DNA of 64,000 nt, from the IMG/VR virus record IMGVR_UViG_2654588027_000001; one strand, written 5' to 3'. Positions 10,125 through 20,187 of the stretch are shown piece after piece. The notes beneath the pieces were generated by a model that worked only from the letters and a program-made list of their open reading frames with translations, was not told where the DNA came from and made no database searches. How positions within the stretch are numbered: the stretch's first letter is position 1; each line of letters begins with the position of its first letter. Origin of the DNA: a virus. Both the position numbers and the translations under genes were made by a program.

Positions 10125-10573
10125 ATGTTTGCCCCTACTTCCAGATGCCCAGGGCGCCCACGCAGTCCCCAGCGACGATGCACGCTGGATACCTTCAGCT
10201 TTTGCCCCTCCAGAATGAGAACGTCATCAAGCTGTACTGCGGCCTCAAGTGGGATCACCAGAACAGCATCGAACAATTCCAGATTCGCTTTACCGCGACT
10301 GCCGGAGCTGTCAGCACGTACCGATGACTTCTCGTTACTTTGCTCAAACTTAACGACGCCGACGTTCGTCTTTCTGACGAACTGCAATTGCGCTTCACCG
10401 TAGACGTTCTTCGAACCCAGACGGTAAATCGCTATCTCTGCTTGCCATGAAATGTTCATGCACTCTCCCTGTGGTTGGCAGCCGCACTCATTACCAGGCG
10501 AAGGCGCGATTGCTCGTCTTGAGCCTTTCGACCAGAAGTAAATAATGCGACTGGCGTTACGCACGGCGAACAA
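10115..10573 (-). CDS. Head-tail joining protein (putative)
   Basis: 152 aa, synteny only. Confidence 0.3.
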   Translation of the reverse strand: MFAVRNASRIIYFWSKGSRRAIAPSPGNECGCQPQGECMNISWQAEIAIYRLGSKNVYGEAQLQFVRKTNVGVVKFEQSNEKSSVRADSSGSRGKANLELFDAVLVIPLEAAVQLDDVLILEGQKLKVSSVHRRWGLRGRPGHLEVGANIWV

Positions 10574-11390
10574 TCATGCGGTTATTGATGTAACTGACCA
10601 GCAGTCGCCAGGTACTGCGAGCCACCTGCACGTTTGCCGCTTTGCCGGTACGGTACATATTGGTCGTTTCGCCAATGGACTCAGACAGAATGCCGTCCTC
10701 GCGGGCTGCCGCTACGTCATTACCGTTAGCGATTTCGCAGGCTTCATTAACCACGGCCAGCATTAATGCCTGTTTGAAGTAGTCCGGGAACTCGTCGAAT
10801 TTCTCCGGCGTCATCTGCTCCCAATCGATCAGATCGTGACGATATGCCCCGTCAGCGCCCCACGGAATGTCATAGACGTTCAGCATGTTTTGCGGGCGAT
10901 CGTACCGGTCGAAGTCGATACGCAGGACTTTGCGGATTGAGAACGGCAGCGTTTTGACGCGTCTGGTGGCCTCAATGAGACGTTTGCGCATCAGCCCTTC
11001 GCCATCAGCTAACAGGGTGTCGCCGTTCAGCATATCGATAGCTTGCATCTGGGCGTCTGCGACCGTTGCGAATGACTGGCCTGGAATTGACAGCTCGAAG
11101 CTATTCAGCAAAACGTACATCTTGCGCTCTTCATGCGTCAGCCCGGATGCCACCGCTTTGACAATGACGTGTCGCAGATCGCGCTCTTTATCTGAAAGCA
11201 GGTTGTGTTCGGCCGACACGACAACCGGAATGGACATCTGCCCCTCAGTAATATCGAGAGGTTCGTTATCGACGATGATCGCGCCAGCGCCATCTCTGAC
11301 GGTATACGTGGCCGACTCAATATCCAGAACGTTAAATGCAAACGACAGGGAAACAGCTTCCCCGCTACGGTACGTGTCGATCTGCGCCAT
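10557..11390 (-). CDS. Virion structural protein, unknown function
   Basis: 277-aa ORF inside the structural operon with overlapping stop/start on both neighbours. Confidence 0.3.
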   Translation of the reverse strand: MAQIDTYRSGEAVSLSFAFNVLDIESATYTVRDGAGAIIVDNEPLDITEGQMSIPVVVSAEHNLLSDKERDLRHVIVKAVASGLTHEERKMYVLLNSFELSIPGQSFATVADAQMQAIDMLNGDTLLADGEGLMRKRLIEATRRVKTLPFSIRKVLRIDFDRYDRPQNMLNVYDIPWGADGAYRHDLIDWEQMTPEKFDEFPDYFKQALMLAVVNEACEIANGNDVAAAREDGILSESIGETTNMYRTGKAANVQVARSTWRLLVSYINNRMIVRRA

Positions 11391-11836
11391 TACTCACCGC
11401 CCTGTGCTTTCAGGATGCCTTCGATCATTTCAACGATGCCTTTGGCTTTCACGCCAATCTGGTTGCCGATCTGACGCAGACCCGCAATACCTTCACAGTC
11501 CGCAATCGACTCCAGTTCTTCACGAGTAAAGCGCTGTACCGGTTTGGCTTCCACTTCAGCTGTACCACGTTTCATTGGCACAATATCCGGGGCCGCCGTC
11601 TCGACAATGTCGTCCGCAGTCAAATCATTGCGGCTGCTGTACGCGGCAGAAGGAGATACATTTTTGCCTTCAACGGTAGTGGCACGCATGGAGGCACAAA
11701 TCCGCTGCTGATCGATGAATCGCAGTTCGGCAACCGAGATGCCGTCGACAAACTGGATACCGCAGAGAATGCCCGTGTACCCCAAAAATTGAGGCTCCAA
11801 TAAACGAATTTTTGCTGGTTTCATTCTTCTTCTCAC
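11390..11836 (-). CDS. Head completion / connector protein (putative)
   Basis: 148 aa. Synteny downstream of the capsid and decoration genes. Confidence 0.3.
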   Translation of the reverse strand: MRRRMKPAKIRLLEPQFLGYTGILCGIQFVDGISVAELRFIDQQRICASMRATTVEGKNVSPSAAYSSRNDLTADDIVETAAPDIVPMKRGTAEVEAKPVQRFTREELESIADCEGIAGLRQIGNQIGVKAKGIVEMIEGILKAQGGE

Positions 11837-11867
11837 TTAATGGGCGGCTATGCCGCCCATGTATTGG

Positions 11868-12530
11868 TTACGCAGCCGGTGCTGCAGTCACTTCCACAGT
11901 CGCAGTAGCTTTGTGGCTGCCATCCTGCGAAACCACTTCAATAGTTGCCGTACCAACGGCTACGCCAGCTACGTTACCGTTCTGGTCAACAGTCGCTTTG
12001 TCGCTATTTTTGGAAGTCCAGGTGACTTTTTTATTGGTTGCATTTGACGGTTGTACATCAACACGCAACTTGACCGATTTCCCCTTCTCAACGGAGGTAG
12101 AGTCAGGCGTTACGGTTACGGACTCCACGCTGACAGGCTTAACGATCACTTCGACTGAGGCAGAAAGCTGAGTCTGCTTATCGGTGGCGGTGATCTTCAC
12201 TTTGCCCGGAGTCACGCCAGTAACCAGACCCGTACCGCTGACTGTGGCGACCCGGTCATTGTCTGACGTCCAGGTGAATGAATCTGCACTTTTGCTCATG
12301 GTGATACCTGCACTAAGTTGAACGGTTTTGCCCACCAATACGGACGGCGCAGTCGGTGTAATGGTGACAGACTGAGTGAACGGAATTGCCCGGAAGCAAG
12401 CCGCAAGATGATTCTGCTGGCGCTCGCTCAGAGGCTCGTTGGAGATGGAATTGGTGAATCCGGCACGGCACATATGCCCCGTGAAATCCGAAAACGCCTC
12501 TTCCGTGATCTTCATCTTTTGTTCTGGCAT
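11868..12530 (-). CDS. Ig-like (tandem Big_2) domain protein, probable head decoration protein
   Basis: Two Big_2-like repeats (ITPTAPSVLVGKTVQLSAGI...; VTPDSTSVEKGKSVKLRVDVQPSNATNKKVTWTSKNSDKATVDQNGNVAGVAVGTATIEV). Immediately downstream of the capsid gene. Confidence 0.5.
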   Translation of the reverse strand: MPEQKMKITEEAFSDFTGHMCRAGFTNSISNEPLSERQQNHLAACFRAIPFTQSVTITPTAPSVLVGKTVQLSAGITMSKSADSFTWTSDNDRVATVSGTGLVTGVTPGKVKITATDKQTQLSASVEVIVKPVSVESVTVTPDSTSVEKGKSVKLRVDVQPSNATNKKVTWTSKNSDKATVDQNGNVAGVAVGTATIEVVSQDGSHKATATVEVTAAPAA

Positions 12531-12542
12531 TTCTCGCTCCTA

Positions 12543-12569
12543 CAAAAAGGGTGGGCGTATAGCCCACCC
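12543..12569 (-). terminator. Hairpin plus T-run attenuator/terminator just downstream of the capsid gene
   Basis: Minus-strand read GGGTGGGCTATACGCCCACCC-TTTTT. Confidence 0.5.
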
Positions 12570-12604
12570 TTAAATGGTAGATAATTACTTACCTACGATA
12601 CTGA

Positions 12605-13480
12605 TCAAATTTTTACGTTGGTCAGCGCGGCGATAGCCTTATCGTGCTTGTTCGCCAGAGAGCAGTACCACTTAACGCGGGTACGGGTTGCGTCTTTGTT
12701 CTGAACAGTACCGATGTTCTCAACAACGATACCGGCGTTTTCGCCGCCATACAGACCGGTCACACCGTTCTCTTCGGACAGGTGCAGGCAGTAGATGCTT
12801 GCTTTGCCAGCATCAGTCGGGATGAAGTCGTTCACGATGAACGGTACACCGTTGTGGCACAGCATCGGGCGGCCGAAGTTTTCCATCATGATTTCTGACG
12901 GGCCGAGGCTAACGGTACGCAGCAGAGCGCGATAAGCACGCAGGTGCTCGGAACGCATCATGATGCAGTCTGCGCCCAGATCTTTCACCGCGTCGACCAG
13001 CTCGTCGAACATGGAGAAGGTCATGGAAGCGCCTTCGATGTCGATCTTCTGATCGTCGTGCATCAGCTTCGGAATACCGTCGAAAGCTTTGGTGTTGGTG
13101 GTGGAGTCGCCCAGAATCAGGTTGCGGCGGAATGCGCGGGCCAGACCTTTCACCTTCTGACGAACCTGGATTGCCAGCTGGTTGTTGGTGTCGGACATAG
13201 TGGTCGCCAGGAATTTGTCGACGTCTACGTCGCCTGCCAGGATACGCAGCTTCGCAACGTGTTCGGTGAAGGTTGCAGCGCCTTCGGTGATGGTGTCGTT
13301 CACATCAATGAAGGTTGCTTCGCTCAGGGTAGCTTCGCGGTTGTAGAGGTATGCCTTAGAGTTAATCTTCATGAAAGGCAGAACAGCGAACAGGTCATCG
13401 CGATCGATGATGGTCTCGATCACACCCTGCTCAAGTTCGTTGTTAGATAGCTTTTCAGCTTCATCACGCAGTAATGGCAT
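12605..13480 (-). CDS. Major capsid protein (HK97 fold)
   Basis: 291 aa following the scaffold gene. Followed by a hairpin plus T-run attenuator. Confidence 0.7.
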   Translation of the reverse strand: MPLLRDEAEKLSNNELEQGVIETIIDRDDLFAVLPFMKINSKAYLYNREATLSEATFIDVNDTITEGAATFTEHVAKLRILAGDVDVDKFLATTMSDTNNQLAIQVRQKVKGLARAFRRNLILGDSTTNTKAFDGIPKLMHDDQKIDIEGASMTFSMFDELVDAVKDLGADCIMMRSEHLRAYRALLRTVSLGPSEIMMENFGRPMLCHNGVPFIVNDFIPTDAGKASIYCLHLSEENGVTGLYGGENAGIVVENIGTVQNKDATRTRVKWYCSLANKHDKAIAALTNVKI

Positions 13481-13506
13481 CTTTCATTTCCCTATGATTT
13501 AAGATG

Positions 13507-14403
13507 TTACTTGAGTCCGATTTTCCCCAGACCGGAGGTCAACTTATCCATAGTCGACTTGCTCTTCGGCTGGTTTACTTTGTGGGTCGGTTTGCTATTG
13601 GAACCAGCACCCTGCTTGGCTTCGCTGCGCAACAGTGCGTCAGCTTCCGGATCTGCACGCAGAATGCGTTCAATCGCGGATTCGAACGGTAACGGTTTGC
13701 CTTCACCGTCAACCAGAACTGCACGCTCTTTCTGACCGGCTGGCTTATCAAAGCCCACAACACTACCGTCTTCACCCACTTCGAAATGAGAGCCGTAGAT
13801 AACGCGAGCCTTAGCCGGAGTCATCAGAACTTTGTCACGCAGGAAGGCAGAGCCGCTGAAGGAAGCGCCAACAGTCATTTCGACCAGTTGAGCCTTCAGT
13901 TCGGCGTTCTCGCTCTCCAGAGCGGAGTAGCGTTCGTCGCGCTGTGCCAGTTCAGCCTGGTGCGCTTCGATCATCTGCTTTTTCACAGCATCGAACTCAC
14001 CACGGCGTTCCAGTTCAGCCTGCTCCGCCTCCCGGCGTGCGGTTTCTGCGGCTTGTTCAGCTTCGAGAAGCTGGCGAGCACGCGCCGGGTCAATATCACC
14101 GTACTGAGCCAGCTGATCGGCCAATGTGCGCTCTTTCTCCTTGCGCTTCATGTTCTCTTTCAGCAGGTCAGCACCAGCTTTCTTGGACTTACGCAGTTCT
14201 GCCAGCAACTCTTCCTGAGTCATACCGGCATACTCGTCGTCGTCACCCTTCGGTTGCTCTTTTTGCTCGCCCTGTTTACCTGGGTCTTGATTGCCCTGCT
14301 CGTTGTCTCCAGCAGGAGCACCGCCACCAGCGCCTCCGCGCTCATGCGCTTCAGCTGCATCCATCAGGCCACGACGGGCCATAAGCATTTGCCACAGATT
14401 CAT
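13507..14403 (-). CDS. Scaffolding protein
   Basis: 298 aa, highly charged and coiled-coil with a Gly/Gln-rich N-terminus. Sits between portal and capsid. Confidence 0.65.
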   Translation of the reverse strand: MNLWQMLMARRGLMDAAEAHERGGAGGGAPAGDNEQGNQDPGKQGEQKEQPKGDDDEYAGMTQEELLAELRKSKKAGADLLKENMKRKEKERTLADQLAQYGDIDPARARQLLEAEQAAETARREAEQAELERRGEFDAVKKQMIEAHQAELAQRDERYSALESENAELKAQLVEMTVGASFSGSAFLRDKVLMTPAKARVIYGSHFEVGEDGSVVGFDKPAGQKERAVLVDGEGKPLPFESAIERILRADPEADALLRSEAKQGAGSNSKPTHKVNQPKSKSTMDKLTSGLGKIGLK

Positions 14404-14425
14404 AGAAATTCCTTTTCGTTACTTA

Positions 14426-16015
14426 TCACTCGGTCTCTTGAGTAGATGAGTCCCCATTCCCTCGGGGTTGATCTTGCCCGCTTTCTTGGGATATATCTCG
14501 ATCATAAGTAAGTACTGACTTATTTTCAAGGGTGTTAAGATCATTTTTTGGAGGAAATTTCAAGAGATCTTTTTGAAATTCCTTTTGCATCGCCTCAGAA
14601 ATGTTCGGGAAGACCTTCTCGATGAGCATTTCCATCTGATGACGACGAACAGAATCAGGCGCCTGGAGCAGCGACAGTTTCTCAGCAACGGCAAACTCGT
14701 CAGTCAGACCGCGAATGTCAAAACTTTCCGGGTACGCGATCAGAGAGTGGTCTTCATCCAGTTCGACACCCATCCATTTCGCTGCCAGTTGCATCATCTG
14801 GCGCTCTGCCCTTTCGAGGCGTTCTGCTTTTGTCACCAGCAGACTGTTAACGCGCTGGAAGTCGTACATCTTCGCTGCGCCCGAAGAGTTATCGATGCCC
14901 TGTGCGTTATCCTGCTTGGTTCGCTCACCTGCCACACCAACGGAGTGGTAGATCTCGTTAATCACCGTCTTAATCGTGGTGATGATCATCTGGGCCTGTT
15001 TCGGGTCTGGAGACAGATAGAATGGCTGATTACCGCTCTCAGAGTCGAAGGTGAAGACGCGTTTTGTCCCCATTTCGAGCACTTTGGTGTGGTTTTCATC
15101 GCCCGGCAGCAATGACTGAACCGGGATCGCCAACTGGCTGAATGTCTGATCCTGAATAATCGCATCAAGGTTCGACAGGTAGTTGGCCACGGCGCGGTCA
15201 AGATAGGCGATATCATCAATCAACGACGGGCTGAAATACGGAGACTCGCTTTCACCAATGCAATCCACCGGGAACACCGGCACCACGCCCAGATTATGCT
15301 CGCCGCTATCCTCCAGAACGACTTTGGCCTGACGACGACCGCTATTTCCGGAACCTTTCTTCACTTCTTCACGGAACAGATACCACTCGTTTTGCGTCCA
15401 CAGACGGTAACGCTGGTATTCCTGCCCGGTTGACGTGAACGGATCTTCGTCGTCGCGCGCGATTTCAACAATCAGCGCCCACAACATATTGCCGTCTTCG
15501 TCCCAGGCAACATCAAGCAGCTGCTGCGGCGAAATCCAGTAAGCGTAGGCGCGCGCATCATTTTTCTTCTCGTCTGCAACAGACTCAACATCGACGTTCA
15601 TGGTGCTGTCCACAACAACCCAGATGCGACCATAGATGGATGATTGCAGATCGATAGCCGCCATAAACGCATCGATGGAGGCGTTCTGGCGCGTGGCTCG
15701 CTTCCAGAAATTGCGGATCTGCTCCGGTGCTTCATCCGTGTTGCGATGAATGACCTCTTTGAAGAGGTATTTGTTGATGAGGTTTACCACTTCACGAGTG
15801 TGGTTGAAGCGATAGGCACGTTCCAGACGCTCTTTGAACTCCTGATCGCCCTCTTTGAAGTAACGAAAGATATTGTCGTTGAACCAGGCACGCCCGCCAG
15901 CGTAGGTGCTGGCGAGGAAATCCCAATGTTCTTTTTTCTTCTCATATTCCGGGTGGCGTCGTGCCACAAGGTCCTTGATTTGCTTATCAGTCAATTCCAT
16001 TTGTTTCTTTTCCAT
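14426..16015 (-). CDS. Portal protein
   Basis: 529 aa directly downstream of TerL. Size and position fit. Confidence 0.75.
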   Translation of the reverse strand: MEKKQMELTDKQIKDLVARRHPEYEKKKEHWDFLASTYAGGRAWFNDNIFRYFKEGDQEFKERLERAYRFNHTREVVNLINKYLFKEVIHRNTDEAPEQIRNFWKRATRQNASIDAFMAAIDLQSSIYGRIWVVVDSTMNVDVESVADEKKNDARAYAYWISPQQLLDVAWDEDGNMLWALIVEIARDDEDPFTSTGQEYQRYRLWTQNEWYLFREEVKKGSGNSGRRQAKVVLEDSGEHNLGVVPVFPVDCIGESESPYFSPSLIDDIAYLDRAVANYLSNLDAIIQDQTFSQLAIPVQSLLPGDENHTKVLEMGTKRVFTFDSESGNQPFYLSPDPKQAQMIITTIKTVINEIYHSVGVAGERTKQDNAQGIDNSSGAAKMYDFQRVNSLLVTKAERLERAERQMMQLAAKWMGVELDEDHSLIAYPESFDIRGLTDEFAVAEKLSLLQAPDSVRRHQMEMLIEKVFPNISEAMQKEFQKDLLKFPPKNDLNTLENKSVLTYDRDISQESGQDQPRGNGDSSTQETE

Positions 16016-16033
16016 ATTTAGGTAGGCACTTAC

Positions 16034-17290
16034 TTATCTAGATCCACCAAGAATAACACGATTTTTCACCGGATACCTACGATGAACCGGATAACCCAAC
16101 GCATCCGCACTGTGTTCGATGCCGCCAGTCTTATCCATATCGCGTGAGCCTGGCTTGTAGATCACCTTCTCCAGCGAGTCGATGAGATGTTTGCACTTCG
16201 GATCGATGTACAACCGGGTTTCGCCCGAGGCACTCATCAACATCCGGTTCACGGCGTTCACACGGTCTGCGATAGGCGGGTGCTTCTTCGGATAATCGAC
16301 TCGGAGGAAACCTTTTTCCTTGAATATATCGACGTCAGATTCGCCGCGTGCGTGCTGGCGATACGCACCAGCCGGGTCAGGGAAGATAGTGACCTGAGAC
16401 TTCCAGCGCCAGAAACGGCGCTCCAGCTCATCACACACTTCAGCCGTGTTGGAAGAGAACAGCACAACCTCGTCCACGGCCCACAACTCACCATTTGGCT
16501 GCGGCTGCAGGATGACCGATGACATAGGGTCGATGTTGAAGTCCTGACCAACCCAGATCGGCAGTTTCGGATTGAACTGGAGTGGCTTCACATGCACATT
16601 GCGGTCGAACGGGTAGTAAACGCGTCCGGACATGTTTTCGAAGCTGGCCAGGTATTCCTGTGCGAACGATTTAGGGTCCATATCGTTCTTCGCCGCTTCG
16701 ATTTCCGCGCTCGGTACGAACGGAGAATCGGCCGTAACGAACTGCCAGCTCTTCCACTGCCCTTTGCGTTGCAAATCTTTGTTCTGACCGATAGTCCACA
16801 GCTTGTGGAACTCGGAGAAGCCTTTTGGCGTACCGATGATCAGCGCACCGCCACGGGTTGAGGACAGTGTCGGACGAAGTACCTTGTACCAGGTATCCGG
16901 CTTCATATCCTGAAATTCATCGAGCACCACAAAGTGCAGTGCCACACCACGAAGCGTATCGGGCTTATCCGCACCTTTCAGCGCGATTTCAGAGCCGTTC
17001 TTCAGCACGATGGTCATCGTGGTGTCGTTTTTCTTACGAACCCATTTACGCGGCAGAACTTCCTGCAGGTCATCCCACAAGATCTGGCGAGCCATCTGGT
17101 ACGTCGGTGCGACGTACCAGACACGTTGCTTCTTCTCTTTGGCTGCCGCGCGAATGATGGTGGAAATCGACAACCGGGATTTACCCCAGCGTCGACCCGC
17201 ACACACTACTTTGAAACGATGTGGCGACTGGAAGACTTGCATCTGCCCAGAATGCAGCTGTACGAGACTCAGAGACGACGGGATGGCCAT
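16034..17290 (-). CDS. Terminase large subunit
   Basis: Walker A VCAGRRWGKS, Walker B VVLDEFQD, C-terminal nuclease-like region. Confidence 0.9.
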   Translation of the reverse strand: MAIPSSLSLVQLHSGQMQVFQSPHRFKVVCAGRRWGKSRLSISTIIRAAAKEKKQRVWYVAPTYQMARQILWDDLQEVLPRKWVRKKNDTTMTIVLKNGSEIALKGADKPDTLRGVALHFVVLDEFQDMKPDTWYKVLRPTLSSTRGGALIIGTPKGFSEFHKLWTIGQNKDLQRKGQWKSWQFVTADSPFVPSAEIEAAKNDMDPKSFAQEYLASFENMSGRVYYPFDRNVHVKPLQFNPKLPIWVGQDFNIDPMSSVILQPQPNGELWAVDEVVLFSSNTAEVCDELERRFWRWKSQVTIFPDPAGAYRQHARGESDVDIFKEKGFLRVDYPKKHPPIADRVNAVNRMLMSASGETRLYIDPKCKHLIDSLEKVIYKPGSRDMDKTGGIEHSADALGYPVHRRYPVKNRVILGGSR

Positions 17291-17292
17291 AG

Positions 17293-17934
17293 TTAGACGC
17301 TCCCATCACTTTCATCACCAGACGCGTCAGAATCGCCCTCAGCTTCGCTCAGTGCTTCCTCTTCGAGTGACTCAAGCAGATCGTCATCAATCAGATCCGG
17401 CTCATCATCTTCCTTACGCAGCTGCGCCACCTGGGAAGGCGTAAGTTCGCCAAATACCAGATTCGGGATTTCGTCGTCCTCGTTTTCGGCGCGATCCATA
17501 CCGAGCGCTTTCGACGATACTTCGAAGCACTTAGCGAGTGTGCCGCTGGCACGCTGGAGACTCTTCAGGTCATCTTCGATGGTTGCGAGTGGCTTGCCGT
17601 CCTTCTTGGCTGTGGCCACCTCATGCATCACCATCCGACCGAGTGCGAACGCCCAATCGTCGTAACGAGTCCGGCGCTCTTCGATTTTCTCTGCACGCGC
17701 CTTCGCACGCAGCTCTGCGTCGGATTTGAGCGACTCGCGCACCATCTTCCCCACGGAGTCCGCGCCTTTCTCTAATCCACGCTTTTTGAAATGTCTGGAG
17801 AGCGTTTCACGACGAATGCCGTACTCTTCCTCCAGCTTGGAGAGTGTGTATTCACCGGAAGTCCACTTCGCTTCGGCTTCTGCCCACTCAGCTGGCGTCA
17901 GGCGAGTTTTGCTCTCGTCTTTTTCTACAGTCAT
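17293..17934 (-). CDS. Terminase small subunit
   Basis: 213 aa with an N-terminal HTH-like region and acidic C-terminal tail. Abuts TerL. Confidence 0.65.
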   Translation of the reverse strand: MTVEKDESKTRLTPAEWAEAEAKWTSGEYTLSKLEEEYGIRRETLSRHFKKRGLEKGADSVGKMVRESLKSDAELRAKARAEKIEERRTRYDDWAFALGRMVMHEVATAKKDGKPLATIEDDLKSLQRASGTLAKCFEVSSKALGMDRAENEDDEIPNLVFGELTPSQVAQLRKEDDEPDLIDDDLLESLEEEALSEAEGDSDASGDESDGSV

Positions 17935-18053
17935 AGATCCCTCTAAAACACTCAGAGCGCATCCTTGCGCTCCTAAACAACTTGTTTAATTCTATGCCTA
18001 ACCAATTTGTTTTCTGGGTGTTTAAAACCGGGCTGGGGAGTATTCAGAACCTG

Positions 18054-18100
18054 CTTCCGTATATATTTAATAAGTCACTTAGTATTTATATATACGGAAG
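18054..18100. repeat. Perfect 13-bp inverted repeat (CTTCCGTATATAT/ATATATACGGAAG) around a 21-nt loop carrying a variant of the recurrent AAGT-ACTT motif
   Basis: Read directly in the sequence, about 120 bp upstream of the TerS start. Not followed by a T-run on either strand. Confidence 0.7.
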
Positions 18101-18129
18101 CAGGCTCTCAAACTGGCTCCCAGACCGAC

Positions 18130-18396
18130 TTACATCACCAGTAATTTGGCTCTGGCACGACCTAACGTGGTCAGCCCCAGCGTGCGACGGTGGTAGCCAG
18201 AATCACCGCGCTGGCGGCACATTCCTTTCTCCACCAGCCCCTTTTTCACCAGTGCGCGGATAGAGAACTGCATACTCTGTTTGGTCGTTTTGTACGGCAG
18301 CACTTCAAGCAGCTCGTCCAGATCGAGCAGATGCCCACGCTCATGGCCTAAATTGATGGTTTTGATGATGTCTTTTTGTTTGTCGGTCAACGTCAT
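18130..18396 (-). CDS. Small winged-helix DNA-binding protein (putative regulator)
   Basis: 88 aa. TKQSMQFSIRALVKKGLVEKG resembles a recognition helix plus wing. Confidence 0.35.
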   Translation of the reverse strand: MTLTDKQKDIIKTINLGHERGHLLDLDELLEVLPYKTTKQSMQFSIRALVKKGLVEKGMCRQRGDSGYHRRTLGLTTLGRARAKLLVM

Positions 18397-18405
18397 GGCA
18401 AATCC

Positions 18406-19305
18406 TTATGCCGGTAATGCAATTTCAAGAGGTTTGTTCAAAGGCTGTTTGTCGAATGCCAGCAGTGGCAGCGTGTCAGGCAACTGACGGCCAAAGTCCG
18501 GGTTTCGGTACACGCCATACAGCGGAGACGTGAAGCTCAGGTTGTGAATATCCTTGAGCAGCTTCACAATGCTGGCCTCGTCCACCAGGCTGTCGGCAAT
18601 GTCCTGAATCGTCGTGCCACGATTACGCCCGGCTTTGGCCAGGGAACTGTTCTTGTGGTAGTCAGCGACCAGATCACGCAGCGCACGACGACGGCGAGAC
18701 TCACTCATGGCGAACAGCTCTTTGACGATCGCTTCGTTGTCGCCAGGGTCGGAACGGAAATGACGCTGGAAGACGCGCAACGCACTCTCATAGCTCTTCG
18801 GACGCTCCGGACGGATGAACTGGAACCCTGCTTTCATGGCAAACGGGTTGTATTTGCTCATCGACGACTGGATCTCGATGATTGGCCGGTCGTGCATCCT
18901 GCTAACCAGGTTAATCATTCGATAGGAGACGCCGACGCCGCGGTACTGAGTGTCCACAACGGAACGGCTAATCACCGCAAAGTTGTTGTTCACGTACCGC
19001 CCCCAATACTGGTTGGCCACGGTGGTATTGGTGGTTGGCTTCAGCTTAGGAAACATGCGATGGCGAGGCGCCAGCAGCAGTTTCGGGTAAGCCATAACCA
19101 CGACGCCCACCAGCCGGTCGTCCAGTTCGCAGCGATAATACGTTGGCGCGAACGGCTTACCATCCGTCTTATAGTGCAGCGACTTCAGCGCGTGCCAGTC
19201 TTCAACCGTGCCTTTGGTAACGGTCATACGCTCCAGAAAGTCCAGATGACGCGGGAACTCTTCCGGGCGGTAGCGTTTGATGATGATGTCTGTCATGTCG
19301 ATCAC
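18406..19305 (-). CDS. GNAT-like acetyltransferase-fold protein with C-terminal extension
   Basis: QYRGVGVSYRM (Q/R-x-x-G-x-G/A motif) and terminal FAMKAGFQFI within the first ~170 aa, plus ~130 aa of unknown C-terminus. Confidence 0.4.
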   Translation of the reverse strand: MIDMTDIIIKRYRPEEFPRHLDFLERMTVTKGTVEDWHALKSLHYKTDGKPFAPTYYRCELDDRLVGVVVMAYPKLLLAPRHRMFPKLKPTTNTTVANQYWGRYVNNNFAVISRSVVDTQYRGVGVSYRMINLVSRMHDRPIIEIQSSMSKYNPFAMKAGFQFIRPERPKSYESALRVFQRHFRSDPGDNEAIVKELFAMSESRRRRALRDLVADYHKNSSLAKAGRNRGTTIQDIADSLVDEASIVKLLKDIHNLSFTSPLYGVYRNPDFGRQLPDTLPLLAFDKQPLNKPLEIALPA

Positions 19306-19556
19306 CTGCGCTCGATATTGGCATTGATGAAGTCCAGGCGAAGCGATTCCATCGCCCCAACCATGACGTATGGACGCCCACCGTTATGCCAGCAATCCAG
19401 AACACTGCCGTCGTTGTTGATCATCAGCAACGCCAGACTCTGGCTTTTACCTTCTCTGGCGTGCTGGAGTGCTTCTTCCAGCAGGCGGATGACTTCAACG
19501 TTGTTGTTGTCAGCCTCTTTCGATGGCTTCAGCTCAACGATCTTCAAATCAGGCAT
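19302..19556 (-). CDS. Hypothetical 84-aa protein, translationally coupled (ATGA overlap) to the GNAT-like gene
   Basis: ORF overlaps the downstream start by 4 nt and the upstream stop by 8 nt. Confidence 0.4.
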   Translation of the reverse strand: MPDLKIVELKPSKEADNNNVEVIRLLEEALQHAREGKSQSLALLMINNDGSVLDCWHNGGRPYVMVGAMESLRLDFINANIERR

Positions 19557-20187
19557 ATTCCACCTTCACGCGTTCTTTGTAGTGCTTGGTGATCTGCATA
19601 TCCGGGCGCAGCGCGTTCTTCAGGTCTTCGTGGGTCGTCGCCACCATTACCGTCGCACCAACCTTGCGGGCGGCACGCTGGAGGTTCGACGCCACAACCT
19701 GAGCTGTTACACGGTCGAGAACAGCACCAAATTCGTCGGCGGCCCAGACTTTGGCGCCGGACTCAATCAGCTTGGCGATCTTGAGGCGGTATTTCTGGCC
19801 GTCGGACATTTCGGATGGTTTGCGCACAAAGAGATAAGCGTCATTCAATCCGGCCATAGACAGCAGCCCCAGCGCATCGCTGGTGGTTTTGCCCAACTGG
19901 TCGATGACGTTAACCTCATTGTTGAAGGTAAAGTCATCGATGGAGGCTACAGAAAGCCCTTCATCCTTCATCTGGCGTTGCAGCTCGCGCAGCACAACGG
20001 ATTTGCCGGAACCGGACTGACCGGTGATGTACACCACATCGCCCTGCTTCACTTCCAGCTCCAGATTGTCGTAAAGCGTCCACTCTTTTTCGTCCAGGCC
20101 AAGACCGAACGATTCGGCAATCTCCAGCGTGCGCATGGTTTTATTCACGCGGGTCTGAAACGATACGTTGATGGTGTATTTGCTCAT
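19549..20187 (-). CDS. Stand-alone ABC-type ATPase (single nucleotide-binding domain, no permease)
   Basis: Walker A GQSGSGKS, signature-like MSDGQKYRL, Walker B VWAADEFGAVLD, H-loop ATTHED. Start at MSKYT overlaps the upstream stop as ATGA. Confidence 0.75.
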   Translation of the reverse strand: MSKYTINVSFQTRVNKTMRTLEIAESFGLGLDEKEWTLYDNLELEVKQGDVVYITGQSGSGKSVVLRELQRQMKDEGLSVASIDDFTFNNEVNVIDQLGKTTSDALGLLSMAGLNDAYLFVRKPSEMSDGQKYRLKIAKLIESGAKVWAADEFGAVLDRVTAQVVASNLQRAARKVGATVMVATTHEDLKNALRPDMQITKHYKERVKVEYA

